Below are positions 30,697 to 40,534 of a stretch of 64,000 nt of DNA, piece after piece. A program made the translations under genes and the position numbers. The DNA is from Candidatus Eiseniibacteriota bacterium (GTDB lineage Bacteria; Eisenbacteria; RBG-16-71-46): NCBI GenBank assembly GCA_963776245.1, contig CAVZLN010000008.1, positions 288,001 to 352,000 of the forward strand, in the 5' to 3' direction. The notes below the pieces were generated by a model. That model was not told where the DNA came from. It ran no database searches and worked only from the letters and a program-made list of their open reading frames with translations. Every line of letters starts with the position of its first letter. Positions within the stretch are counted from its first letter, which is position 1.

Positions 30697-32472
30697 TCAG
30701 CGTCCGCGCCGCTTCGACCGCCGCCCGAAGCGTGGAGTCTCGGGCTCCGGTTCCGGCTCGGGTTCGGGCTCGACACGCAGCCATGGCGCCGTCTCATCGG
30801 GGATGGTCTCGTCGGGCCCGGTGGGAGCGTCGTCCTCGGCCGTCTCATCGCGCGGCGGCTGGTGCGCCTCGTCGTCCGGTCCGTGCTCGTCCTCGGGGAG
30901 CGGGGGTGGGGCATGCGCCATCGGATCGCGTGCCTCGGGTGTCGAAGTCCGCTCGGGCCACGATTCGCGTCCGAACGCTCGAGGCGCGGCCCCGGCCGGA
31001 CGCTCGATCGGCTCGTCCTCACCCAGGTCATGCGGGCCCTCGGGGCGGCCCACCTCCTCGTTCTCGTCCTCCTCGCGCGCCGGAGGCAGGGGCTCGACCT
31101 CCGGTGGTTCGATCTCGATCGGAGGCCGTGCCGGGGGCGCGCTCACCGGGGGCGCGCTCACCGGGGGCGCGCTCACCGGGGCCGGGATCGCGGGAGTGAC
31201 CGCGGCCTGTGGCGTGCTCACCGGCCCGGGCCCCTCCCGGCGCCCACGCCCACCGCGGCGGCCGCGCCGGCGGGGGCGGAATCCGCCCTCATCCTCGTCC
31301 CCTTCCGGAGCCACCGGCGCGACCATGGGAGCGGCCGGCGGCGGCGGTTCGGGCGCCCGTCGCACCGGCTCGGCGGGGCGCTCGACGCGCGTCTCGCGCG
31401 GGCCGCGCTCCTCATGCGCTCCACGCTCCTCGCGCGGGGCGCGCTCTTCGCGGACCCCGCGCTCCCCACGGGCGCCGCGTTCTTCGCGTGGGCCGCGTTC
31501 TTCGCGTGGACCGCGCTCTTCGCGCGCTCCACGTTCCTCGCGCGGGCCGCGCTCCTCGCGCGCTCCACGTTCCTCGCGCGGGCTGCGCTCCTCACGCGCT
31601 CCACGTTCCTCGCGCGGGCCGCGCTCCTCGCGCGCTCCACGTTCCTCGCGCGGGCCGCGCTCCTCACGGAACCCGCGCTCGGGCCGCGGGCCACGGTCTT
31701 CGCGCGGCGGGCGCTCGTCGCGCGGGCCGCGGCCGTCGCCCGGCGCGCGCTCATCGCGCGGGCCCGGCTCCTCGCCCTTGTCCCGGCGTCTCCCACCGAC
31801 GTGGTCGAGCGCGTCGCGCGCGGCCGCCTGTTCGGCCTCCTTCTTGTTCTTGCCCTTGCCGGAGCCGAGCGTCTTGCTGCGCACCACCACCTCGACCAGG
31901 AACATCTTGGAGTGGTCGGGGCCCATCGCGTTGCGGATGCGATAGACCGGGTGGGTGTGGAACGTGCTCTGCACGTACTCCTGCAACTGGCTCTTGTAGT
32001 TGGTGTGCCGCTTGTCGGCCGAGATGGCGCTGGCGTCGTCGAGCAGCCAGCGCCGGATGAAGCGGCGCGCGTCCTCGAAGCCCTGGTCCAGGTAGACGGC
32101 GCAGATCACCGACTCGAACGCGTCGGCGAGGATGGACAGGCGTTGCCGCCCGCCCGATTCCGCCTCGGAGTGGCTCATGAGCACGTAGCGGCCGAGACCC
32201 ATGTTGAGGGCGCGGCGCGAAAGGATGTTCTTCGAGACCAGCAGCGACTTGGTCTTCGTGAGCTCGCCCTCGTCCACGCTCGGATGCTCGCGGTAGAGGT
32301 GTTCGCTGGTGACGAGCCCGAGCACGGAGTCGCCGAGGAACTCCATGCGCTCGTTGGACTCGTTGGGGCCCTGGCCGGTCACGCTCAGATACGACCGATG
32401 CGTGAGCGCCAGCCGCAGCAGCCCGGGCTGGTGGAAGTGGATGCCGTAGTGCTTCTGGAAGTCCTCGAGCAC
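30697..32472 (-). CDS. rnc: Ribonuclease III with long C-terminal low-complexity extension (start uncertain)
   Basis: ALTHRS, NERMEFLGDSVLGL, EGELT, ILADAFES, dsRBD NYKSQLQEYVQ...GPDHSKMF...GKGKNKKEAEQAAA, then ~365 aa of R/E/P-rich tail. GTG at 32472 has a GGAGG RBS, but the frame is open further upstream. Confidence 0.92.
   Translation of the reverse strand: MLEDFQKHYGIHFHQPGLLRLALTHRSYLSVTGQGPNESNERMEFLGDSVLGLVTSEHLYREHPSVDEGELTKTKSLLVSKNILSRRALNMGLGRYVLMSHSEAESGGRQRLSILADAFESVICAVYLDQGFEDARRFIRRWLLDDASAISADKRHTNYKSQLQEYVQSTFHTHPVYRIRNAMGPDHSKMFLVEVVVRSKTLGSGKGKNKKEAEQAAARDALDHVGGRRRDKGEEPGPRDERAPGDGRGPRDERPPREDRGPRPERGFREERGPREERGAREERGPREERGAREERSPREERGAREERGPREERGAREERGPREERGPREERGARGERGVREERAPREERGAHEERGPRETRVERPAEPVRRAPEPPPPAAPMVAPVAPEGDEDEGGFRPRRRGRRGGRGRREGPGPVSTPQAAVTPAIPAPVSAPPVSAPPVSAPPARPPIEIEPPEVEPLPPAREEDENEEVGRPEGPHDLGEDEPIERPAGAAPRAFGRESWPERTSTPEARDPMAHAPPPLPEDEHGPDDEAHQPPRDETAEDDAPTGPDETIPDETAPWLRVEPEPEPEPEPETPRFGRRSKRRGR
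31390..31758 (-). repeat. 18-bp coding tandem repeat (~20 units, REERGP/REERGA) within rnc
   Basis: Visible repeated units such as CGCGAGGAACGTGGAGCG / CGCGAGGAGCGCGGCCCG. A separate 15-bp repeat (PVSAP x3) lies at ~31136-31180. Confidence 0.9.
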
Positions 32473-32654
32473 GCGGGCCTCCGACTCGCTGGTGCCCGAT
32501 TCGGGCGCGGCGGTCGCCGGACGCTCCTGCCGCCGCGGGCCCGCGAACAGCGAGCTCAGCCAGCGCCAGAGCGAGAATCCCTGTGCGGCCGGAGGGACGT
32601 TCCGCCCTCCGCGCCCGCCGCGGCGTCGTCCGCCGCGGCGACGGGAGCGGCCGC

Positions 32655-33902
32655 CTACTTCACGGCCTGCATCGCCAGAGTCACGTTGTGCCCCCCGAAC
32701 CCGAAGGAGTTCGAGATCGCGGCGGTCACGCGGGCCGCGCGGGCCTGATGGGGTACGAAGTCGAGGTCGCATGCGGGGTCTACCTGATCCAGGTTGATCG
32801 TGGGTGGGACGATCCCGCGCGCCAGCGTGAGCGCCGTGATCACCGCTTCGAGTCCACCGGCGGCACCCAGCAGGTGCCCGGTCATGGACTTGGTCGAGCT
32901 CATCATCAGACGTCGCGCATGCGCTCCGAACACGTCCTTCACCGCGCGGACCTCGATCGGGTCGCCGGCGGGCGTGGCGGTGCCATGGGCGTTGACGTAC
33001 TGAACGGCATCGGCGGGCAGCCCGGCGTCCTCGAGCGCGCGCCGCATGGCGCGCGATGCGCCGCTACCGTCTTCCGCGGGCGACGTCATGTGATACGCGT
33101 CGCCCGAGGTGCCGTAGCCGATGAGCTCACAGAGAAGCGGTGCGCCACGGCGCCGAGCATGCTCTTCCGTCTCGAGGATGAGGATGCCCGCGCCTTCGCC
33201 GATGACGAAGCCGTCCCGGTCCTTGTCGAAGGGACGGCTGGCGCGTGTCGGGTCGTCGTTGCGGGTGGAGAGTGCGCGTGCATTGCCGAAGCCGGCCAGG
33301 GCCATGGGGCTGATCGTCGCCTCGGTCCCCCCCGTCACCATCAGGTCCGCATCGCCTGCGCGCAGCAGGCGCAGCGACTCGCCGATGGCGTTCGCCCCGG
33401 AGGCGCACGCGGAGGTGGTCGAGAAGTTCGGGCCCCGGAGGCCGAACTGGATGGACACCTGCCCTGGAGCCATGTCCAGGATCATCATCGGGATGAAGAA
33501 CGGGCTCACACGTCCCGGTCCCTTCTCGACCAGCTGCGAATGCTGAGTCTCGAAGGTCTCCATGCCCCCGATGCCCGAGCCGAGCACCACGCCGATGCGG
33601 TCGCGATCCTCCCGTTCGAGGTCGAGCCCCGACGAGCGGAGCGCCTCGTGGGCGGCGACCACCGCGTACTGGACGAAGCGATCCATCCGCTTGGCGTCCT
33701 TGCGGTCGATGACACCTTCGAACGAGAAGTCCTTCACCTCGCACGCGAAGTGCGTGGTGTAGGCCGTGGTGTCGAAGCGCGTGATGGGCCCGGCGCCCGA
33801 GCGCCCGGCGATGAGGTTGTCCCAACAAGTGCCGGTGTCGTTCCCGAGGGGCGAGACCACACCCGTCCCGGTCACGAACACCCGGCGGCCGTTCATCGGC
33901 AT
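32655..33902 (-). CDS. fabF: 3-oxoacyl-ACP synthase II
   Basis: RRVFVTGTGVVSPLG, SACASG (catalytic Cys), ASRPFDKDRDGFVIGEG, NAHGTATPAGD, KSMTGHLLGAAG, NSFGFGGHN. Confidence 0.97.
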   Translation of the reverse strand: MPMNGRRVFVTGTGVVSPLGNDTGTCWDNLIAGRSGAGPITRFDTTAYTTHFACEVKDFSFEGVIDRKDAKRMDRFVQYAVVAAHEALRSSGLDLEREDRDRIGVVLGSGIGGMETFETQHSQLVEKGPGRVSPFFIPMMILDMAPGQVSIQFGLRGPNFSTTSACASGANAIGESLRLLRAGDADLMVTGGTEATISPMALAGFGNARALSTRNDDPTRASRPFDKDRDGFVIGEGAGILILETEEHARRRGAPLLCELIGYGTSGDAYHMTSPAEDGSGASRAMRRALEDAGLPADAVQYVNAHGTATPAGDPIEVRAVKDVFGAHARRLMMSSTKSMTGHLLGAAGGLEAVITALTLARGIVPPTINLDQVDPACDLDFVPHQARAARVTAAISNSFGFGGHNVTLAMQAVK

Positions 33903-34005
33903 GACGCTTCCGTCTCCGTGGGAACCGGGCCCTTCGCTTCCGCGTGCATCCGCCACGCCGCGCGGGCGGGGCGATGCGAGCGCGGGGAGCCGGCCCGGAG
34001 CAGGT

Positions 34006-34251
34006 TCACTGCGCGGTCGCGTGAGACTTCAGGTAGTTCATCGCGTCGCCGACGGTCTTGAGCTTGTCCGCGTCCTCGTCGGGGATGTCGAGGCCGAACT
34101 CCTCCTCCAGCGCCATCACCAGTTCGACGATGTCGAGCGAATCCGCGCCCAGGTCCTCGATGAACTTGGCCTCGGGGCTGAGCTGCTTGACGTCGACCTC
34201 GAGCTCCTTCGCGATGATCTCCTTGACGCGGTCCTCGTTGAATGCCGCCAC
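34006..34251 (-). CDS. acpP: Acyl carrier protein
   Basis: [24 protein letters not shown] start after AGGAGG. Confidence 0.97.
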   Translation of the reverse strand: MAAFNEDRVKEIIAKELEVDVKQLSPEAKFIEDLGADSLDIVELVMALEEEFGLDIPDEDADKLKTVGDAMNYLKSHATAQ

Positions 34252-34299
34252 TTCAGTCACCTCCTGTGGGGGGTGGGGTTTCCGTCCGTACCCGGACGG

Positions 34300-35073
34300 C
34301 TACATGACCATGCCGCCGTCCACCGTCCAGACCTGGCCGGTGACGTAGGCGGCGCGGGGAGAAACCAGGAATGCGATGATCTCGGCGACCTCGTCCGGGC
34401 GGCCCAGACGCCCGAGCGGGATGCGCGCCAGCAGCTCGGCGCGTGCCGCCTCCGGCAGCGCCGCCGTCATGTCGGTCTCGATGAAGCCCGGGCACACCGC
34501 GTTGACCGTGACCGAGCGCGCCGCCAGCTCGCGGGCGAGCGACTTGGTGAGCCCGAGCAGCCCCGCCTTCGAGGCCGCGTAGTTCACCTGCCCGGCGTTG
34601 CCCATCAACCCGACCACCGACGACACGTTCACGATGCGCCCATAGCGCGCCTTCATCATCGTGCGCGCCACCGCGCGGCAGCCGTGGAAGGCGCCCTTCA
34701 GATTGGTGTCGAGCACCTCGTCCCAGTGCGCGTCGCTCATGCGCACGAACAGCGCGTCCCGCGTGACCCCGGCGTTGTTGACCAGGATGTCCACGCGCCC
34801 GAACGCCTCGAGCGCGGCGCCGAACGCCTGGTCGGACGAGGCTTCGTCGGCCACGTCGGCCGCGAACGCGCGGGCGCGGCCGTCCACGCCCAGCCCGGCC
34901 GCGGCCGCTTCGGCGCGCTCCCGGTTGCGGGCGAAGATCGCCACGCGCGCGCCGCGCGCCGCCAGCGCGCGCGTGACCGCGAGCCCGATGCCGGTGGCGC
35001 CACCGGTGACGAACGCCACCTGCTCCGCCAGCTCCCGGCCCGGATCCGTCGCCGCCGTCGTGTCCGTGTCCAT
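34300..35073 (-). CDS. fabG: 3-oxoacyl-ACP reductase
   Basis: [48 protein letters not shown]. Confidence 0.96.
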   Translation of the reverse strand: MDTDTTAATDPGRELAEQVAFVTGGATGIGLAVTRALAARGARVAIFARNRERAEAAAAGLGVDGRARAFAADVADEASSDQAFGAALEAFGRVDILVNNAGVTRDALFVRMSDAHWDEVLDTNLKGAFHGCRAVARTMMKARYGRIVNVSSVVGLMGNAGQVNYAASKAGLLGLTKSLARELAARSVTVNAVCPGFIETDMTAALPEAARAELLARIPLGRLGRPDEVAEIIAFLVSPRAAYVTGQVWTVDGGMVM

Positions 35074-36028
35074 CACGGCCTCCCCGCCGGATGCGCGGCG
35101 CCGAGCGCCGCGAGCGTGGCCGCCAGGCTCTCGGGGTCCTCGGCGTTCCACGACGGCGAGTCCTTGTCGATGGTGCGCAGCAGGCCGCGCAGCACCTTGC
35201 CGCTGCCGAGCTCGACGAATCCCTGCGCGCCCTGCGCGAGCATCAGCCGCATCGACTCCTCCCAGCGCACCGCGCCGAGCAACTGCGCCTGCAGCGCCTC
35301 GCGGATCGCCCCCGCCTCGACCACCGGCCGGGCGGCGACGTTGGTCACCACCGGGCAGCGCGCTTCGCGGATCGTCACCGCGTCGAGCGCGGCGGCCAGT
35401 CCGGCGGCCGCCGAGCGCCATCAGCGGCGAGTGGAACGCGCCGCTCACCTCGAGCCGGATGGCGCGCCGGGCGCCTCTCGCCTTGGCGAGGTCGCAGGCC
35501 CGCTCGACCGCCGCGCACCTCGCCCGAGATCACCACCTGCCCCGGCGCGTTGAGGTTCGCGGCACGCACCACGCCGGCGACCGCGGCCTCCGCGCACACC
35601 GCCTCGACGTCCGCGGCGCGAGAGCCCGAGGATGGCCGCCATGGTGCCGGGTGGTCGAGCCCGGCCTGGTACATGAGCGCGCCGCGCCGGTGCACGAGCC
35701 GCACCGCGTCCTCGAAGTCGAGCGCACCCGCCGCCACGCACGCCGAGTACTCGCCCAGGCTGTGCCCCGCGACCCATTCCGGCTTCAGGCCCGCGGCGTC
35801 GGCCAGCCGCCACGCGGCGACGCTGTGCGTGAGCAGCGCGGGCTGGGCGTGGACGGTCTTGCGCAGCTCGTCCTCGGGCCCCTCCCAGCACACGCGGGAG
35901 AGCGCGAAGCCGAGCGCCCGGTCGGCGGCCTCGAAGGTCTCGCGCGCGGGCGCGAACGCCGCGGCGAGCGCGCGGCCCATGCCCACGTGCTGGGCACCCT
36001 GGCCCGGGAACAGGAAGGCGAGCCTCAC
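35073..36028 (-). CDS. fabD: Malonyl-CoA:ACP transacylase, broken by several apparent single-base indels (~35400-35660)
   Basis: [56 protein letters not shown] and [11 protein letters not shown] occur in different frames. Confidence 0.9.
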
Positions 36029-37092
36029 GACGCCATCTCGCGCGCGGCCACCGCGGGTCGGCCGGCCGCGATCCCCGCCGGCACCGGCGCCGTCCACTTC
36101 ATCACGCTGCCGCCCCAGGTGGCCCCGCCGCCGAACGCGGCCATGCCGACGTGGTCGCCGGGCTTCACCCGTCCCGCCCGCACCAGCTCGTCGAGCGCGA
36201 TCGGGATCGAGGCCGACGAGGTGTTCCCGTAGCGCTCGATGTTCACGTACACCCGGTCCGCGGCGAGGCCGAGGCGCTCGCGCATCGCGTCGATGATGCG
36301 CAGGTTGGCCTGGTGCGGGATCACGATCTCGAGGTCGCCGGGTCCGAGTCCGGAGGCGTCCATGCACTTGCGCAGGCTGTCCTCCATGGATCGCACGGCG
36401 AACGGGAACAGCTTCTTGCCCTGCATCTGGATGAAGTGCTGCCCGCCGCGCACGGTCTCCTCGGAGGCCGGGTTCCGCGAGATCCCGGCGGGCACCTCGA
36501 GCACCTCGCCGAGATCGCCGTCGCTGTGCATGTCGACCGCCAGGATGCCCTCGCCGGGCGCGCACCCCTGCACCACCGCGGCGCCCGCGCCGTCGCCGAA
36601 CAGCACGCAGGTGTTGCGGTCGGTGTAGTCCACGATGCGCGACAGCGTCTCGACCCCCACCACCAGCACGGTCTCCGCCATGCGCGAACCCACCAGCGCG
36701 CGCGCCACCCCGAGGCCGAACACGAACCCGGTGCACGCCGCGAACAGGTCGTAGGCCGCCGCGTTGGTGGCCCCCAGCTTGCGCTGGAGGGTGCAGGAGC
36801 AGGACGGCAGGATGCGGTCGGGGGTGGTGGTGGCGAGGACGATCTGGTCCACCTCGCCGGGGGCGACCTTCGCCATGGCGAGCGCGCGCTGACACGCGAT
36901 CAGCGCGAGGTCGGAGGAGGCCTGTTCCGCGGCGGCGATGCGGCGCTCCCGGATGCCGGTGCGCTCGAGGATCCACTGGTCCGTGGTGTCGACCAGGGTC
37001 TCGAGCTCGGCGTTCGAGAGGATGCGATCCGGCACGTACATGCCGGTCCCGGTGATGGTGGCGCCCCGGAGCGCGTCAGGCCGCGGTGACAT
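36025..37092 (-). CDS. fabH: 3-oxoacyl-ACP synthase III
   Basis: DTTDQWILERTGIRERR, AACTGF, LFGDGAGA, PHQANLRII, YGNTSSASIP, FGGGATWG. Confidence 0.97.
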   Translation of the reverse strand: MSPRPDALRGATITGTGMYVPDRILSNAELETLVDTTDQWILERTGIRERRIAAAEQASSDLALIACQRALAMAKVAPGEVDQIVLATTTPDRILPSCSCTLQRKLGATNAAAYDLFAACTGFVFGLGVARALVGSRMAETVLVVGVETLSRIVDYTDRNTCVLFGDGAGAAVVQGCAPGEGILAVDMHSDGDLGEVLEVPAGISRNPASEETVRGGQHFIQMQGKKLFPFAVRSMEDSLRKCMDASGLGPGDLEIVIPHQANLRIIDAMRERLGLAADRVYVNIERYGNTSSASIPIALDELVRAGRVKPGDHVGMAAFGGGATWGGSVMKWTAPVPAGIAAGRPAVAAREMAS

Positions 37093-38101
37093 GGTCCGCC
37101 TGGATCTCCTCGCGGATGTGCGCGTTCACCCGCTCCTCCATGAACCGGAGCTGGGTGCGGATCGCGCTGCAGAACGCCTTCGGCCCGCTGCTTCCATGGC
37201 CGATGAAGCACACCCCGTCGACGCCCAGCAGCGGCGCCGCGCCGTGCTCTTCCCAGTCGATGCGGCGTTTCATGCGCTTGAGCGCCGGGTACATGAGCCC
37301 CGACCCGACCCGGGCGAGCAGATCGTGTTCGAGCTCGTCGCGGATGAACCGGGTGAAGAGGCTGACCACGCCCTCGGCGGTCTTGAGCACCACGTTGCCG
37401 GTGAAGCCGTCGGTCACGATGACGTCGCAGGTGCCCTTGAAGATGTCGCGCCCTTCGACGTTGCCGACGAAGTGGAGATGCCGGGCCTGGCGCAACAGCG
37501 GCAGCGTCTCGAGCACCAGGCCGTTGCCCTTGGTGTCCTCCTCGCCGATCGAGAGCAGCCCGACCGTGGGATTCTGCCGCCCCAGCAGGTAGCGCGCGTA
37601 CACCGCGCCCATGTGCGCGAACTGCACGAGGTAGCCCGGCTTGCACTCGGCGTTGGCGCCGAGATCGAGCACGATCGTGCCCCCGGACACGCTCGGCATC
37701 ACCGCGGCGAGCGCGGGGCGCGACACCGACTCGAGGCGGCCCAGCCCGAGCAGCGCCGAGGCCACCACCGCGCCGGTGTTCCCGGCGCTGAACATGGCGT
37801 CCACCTTGCCGTCCTTGTGGAGCTGGGTCAGCACCGCGAGCGAGGACTGGCTCTTCTTGCGCACCGCCGACGCGGCCTTGTCGGCCATGTCGATGCGCTC
37901 GGCCGCGTGCACCACCGTGACCGGAAGGTCCCGGCCGTGCGCGTGCTGCAGCGCCGCGCGCAGTTCGGATTCGTCGCCGACCAGGGTGATCTCGAAGCGC
38001 CCCGGCATCTCGCGGTGGGCGAGCGTGACCCCCTCGACGACGGCGGAGAGGCCGAGATCCCCCCCCATCGCGTCAATCCCGATGCGCGGGATCGAGGACA
38101 T
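37076..38101 (-). CDS. plsX: Phosphate acyltransferase PlsX
   Basis: IDAMGGD, SAGNTGA, DLGANAE, IGEEDTKG, GNVEGRD, DGFTGNVVLKTAEG, GHGSS. Confidence 0.97.
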   Translation of the reverse strand: MSSIPRIGIDAMGGDLGLSAVVEGVTLAHREMPGRFEITLVGDESELRAALQHAHGRDLPVTVVHAAERIDMADKAASAVRKKSQSSLAVLTQLHKDGKVDAMFSAGNTGAVVASALLGLGRLESVSRPALAAVMPSVSGGTIVLDLGANAECKPGYLVQFAHMGAVYARYLLGRQNPTVGLLSIGEEDTKGNGLVLETLPLLRQARHLHFVGNVEGRDIFKGTCDVIVTDGFTGNVVLKTAEGVVSLFTRFIRDELEHDLLARVGSGLMYPALKRMKRRIDWEEHGAAPLLGVDGVCFIGHGSSGPKAFCSAIRTQLRFMEERVNAHIREEIQADHVTAA

Positions 38102-38122
38102 GTCGGTCAGTCCTGGTCCGAA

Positions 38123-38305
38123 CTACTCTTCACGCGGGGCGACGATCTCTTCACCGTCGTAGTAGCCGCAGGTGGGGCACACGCGGTGCGGCTGCTTGGG
38201 ACTGCTGCAGTGGCTGCAGTTCTGGGTGCCGGGTTGCTTGAGCTTCCAGTGCGTGCGGCGCTTCTTGCCGCGCGTGCTGGAGTGCCGTCGCTTGGGGACC
38301 GCCAT
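38123..38305 (-). CDS. rpmF: 50S ribosomal protein L32
   Basis: MAVPKRRHSSTRGKKRRTH...CSHC...HRVCPTCGYY. Confidence 0.97.
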   Translation of the reverse strand: MAVPKRRHSSTRGKKRRTHWKLKQPGTQNCSHCSSPKQPHRVCPTCGYYDGEEIVAPREE

Positions 38306-38353
38306 CGATGCTCTCCTTCTCCTTCGGACCGGCGGGGCGCCGTGGGTCCGGGA

Positions 38354-38824
38354 CTATGCACCGCATCCGCATGGCCCGGCGTTGAGGTCGGCGCCGCAGC
38401 GCGGGCAGAGCCCGCGGCAGTCCTCCCGACAACGGGGGGTCATAGGGACCTCGAGCAGCAGCGCCTCGCGAGCCTCCTCGCCGAGGTCGAGCCGCCGCCC
38501 GTCATGGAACCTCATGTAGTGATCGCGCTCGAGATCCCGCTCTTCCGCCCTCGAGCCCGACTTCGACCGCTCGGCGTACACCTCGAGCGGCACGCGGATC
38601 GGAAGGTCGAACACCACGAGACAGGCCACGCACTCCAGGTGCGCCGCCGCCTCGAGCTGGCCCTTCACGGAGACCCGCTCACCGTTCTTGTCGACGTCGA
38701 ACTGGCCCCGGATCGGGCCGGTCCACTCCGACGCTTCGAGCCCCAGGCCGGTCGCTTCGGCCTCCGCCACCACCCGGCTCATGCCCGGCCGGAGAGTGGC
38801 TAGATCGATGATAAAAGAGGACAT
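38354..38824 (-). CDS. yceD: YceD/DUF177 family protein
   Basis: ECVACL...PM.PRCREDCRGLCPRCGADLN; upstream of rpmF. Confidence 0.9.
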   Translation of the reverse strand: MSSFIIDLATLRPGMSRVVAEAEATGLGLEASEWTGPIRGQFDVDKNGERVSVKGQLEAAAHLECVACLVVFDLPIRVPLEVYAERSKSGSRAEERDLERDHYMRFHDGRRLDLGEEAREALLLEVPMTPRCREDCRGLCPRCGADLNAGPCGCGA

Positions 38825-38963
38825 ACAAATAAGCCCGCCGCAGCGGGACCCGGGACGGCCCGGGACGTTAGCATACGAGCCACGCCCCGTCCACCCGTGA
38901 GAACGGCCCCGGAAGTGGGGGAACCGGACCGGGCGCGCCCCGGTCCCGGCACCACCGAATGGG

Positions 38964-39386
38964 TCAACGGGCCAGCGCCGCGACCCCGAAGAACAGCTTC
39001 ACCTCGCGCTCGGCGCTCGCCGGGCTGTCCGAGGCATGGACCGAGTTGGCCTGCTTACTCTGGGCGTAGAGGCGCCGGATGGTGCCCTCGGCCGCGCCGG
39101 CCGGGTCGGTCGCCCCCACCACCTCGCGCAGGAAGGCCGTGCCGCCCTCGCGCTCCAGACAGGTCAGCATCACCGGCCCCGAGGTCATGTAGTCCACCAG
39201 GTCGTTGAAGAACGGCTTGCCGTTGTGCTCGGCGTAGAACGTCTGGCACTCCTCGCGGGTCAGCCGGGCGAGCCGCGCCTCGGTGATGCGGAACCCCTGC
39301 CCCTCGACGTGCGCGAGGATCCGGCCGACCAGGTTGCGTTGCACCGCATCGGGCTTGACGATGAACAGGGAGCGTTCCAGGGCCAT
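38964..39386 (-). CDS. ndk: Nucleoside diphosphate kinase
   Basis: KPDAV, FYAEH..KPFF..LVDYMTSGP, GATDP...GTIR, NSVHASDS. Confidence 0.97.
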   Translation of the reverse strand: MALERSLFIVKPDAVQRNLVGRILAHVEGQGFRITEARLARLTREECQTFYAEHNGKPFFNDLVDYMTSGPVMLTCLEREGGTAFLREVVGATDPAGAAEGTIRRLYAQSKQANSVHASDSPASAEREVKLFFGVAALAR

Positions 39387-39448
39387 GTCTCTCCTTCATA
39401 CCAGGGGCGGGGAGGCCCCGCGAGGTGTCGTGATCGTGGCCGGTAGGG

Positions 39449-40534
39449 CTAGCGCCGCCCGGTCCGTTTCGGAGTCGCCCTCCGGGAGGGCTTCGGCTGC
39501 GGCGCCGGCTTGCGGACGGAGCGTTTCGCGGCCTTCCGGGGAGCCGGGTTCGCGGCCTTGCGCGCGGGCTTCGCCGGCGGCTTGCGCGACGCCGCCCGAC
39601 GCGCGGTCGCCGGCTTCCCGGCCCCCCTGGGGCGCGGGCGCCGGCGCTCGAGCGCGGCCTTGATGAGCGACGGGATCTCGGACGGGATGCGCGCCACCGG
39701 CACGCCCGCCGCCTCGAACGCGGCCATCTTCTCGGCGGCGGTGCCGGTGCCCCCCGAGATGATGGCGCCCGCGTGCCCCATGCGCTTGCCGGGAGGCGCG
39801 GTCTGGCCGGCGATGAACGCCACCACCGGCTTGGAGACGTGGCGCTTGATGAACAGCGCGGCCTCCTCCTCGTCGGTGCCGCCGATCTCCCCCATCAGGC
39901 AGATGGCCGTGGTCTTCGGATCGGCCTCGAACGCGGTGAGCGCGTCGATGAAGTTGGTGCCGATGACGGGGTCGCCGCCGATCCCGAGGCAGGTGGACTG
40001 GCCGAGCCCGGCGCACGTGAGCTGGTGCACCACCTCGTACGTGAGCGTCCCGCTGCGCGAGACCACGCCGATCGGGCCGGGCCGCGCGATGTGCCCCGGC
40101 ATGATGCCGACCCGCGCGATCCCCGGCGCCAGCAGTCCCGGGCAGTTGGGCCCGACCAGCCGCGGCCGGCCGTTGCCGTTCTTCAGCCGCAGGTTCGCCA
40201 CGTGATGGAAGGCCGCCAGCGTGTCGCGCACCGGCACCCCCTCGGTGATGCACACGATCGTGCCGATGCCGGCATCGGCCGCCTCCATGATGGCGTCGGC
40301 CGCGAACGGGGCGGGCACGTAGATCACGGAGGTGTTCGCCCGGGTGGCCGCGACCGCCTCGGCCACGCTGTCGAACACCGGCACGCCGTGCACCTCGGTG
40401 CCGCCCTTGCCGGGAGTCACGCCCGCGACCACCCGGGTGCCGTAGTCGATCATCTGACGGGTGTGGAACGCGCCGTCGCGGCCGGTGATGCCCTGCACCA
40501 CCAGGCGAGTGCTCTTGTCGATCAGGATGCTCAC
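39449..40534 (-). CDS. sucD: Succinyl-CoA synthetase alpha subunit, with basic C-terminal tail
   Basis: [51 protein letters not shown] start overlaps the sucC stop. Confidence 0.96.
   Translation of the reverse strand: MSILIDKSTRLVVQGITGRDGAFHTRQMIDYGTRVVAGVTPGKGGTEVHGVPVFDSVAEAVAATRANTSVIYVPAPFAADAIMEAADAGIGTIVCITEGVPVRDTLAAFHHVANLRLKNGNGRPRLVGPNCPGLLAPGIARVGIMPGHIARPGPIGVVSRSGTLTYEVVHQLTCAGLGQSTCLGIGGDPVIGTNFIDALTAFEADPKTTAICLMGEIGGTDEEEAALFIKRHVSKPVVAFIAGQTAPPGKRMGHAGAIISGGTGTAAEKMAAFEAAGVPVARIPSEIPSLIKAALERRRPRPRGAGKPATARRAASRKPPAKPARKAANPAPRKAAKRSVRKPAPQPKPSRRATPKRTGRR

Noticed and set aside
31390..31758. Tandem repeat as a CRISPR array
   Set aside because: 18-bp units with no unique spacers, in frame within rnc, and no cas genes.
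35073..36028. fabD as a pseudogene or programmed frameshift gene
   Set aside because: It is an essential gene in an intact fab operon with all motifs present. Several scattered 1-nt indels in GC runs, also seen in unrelated genes, point to sequencing/assembly error.
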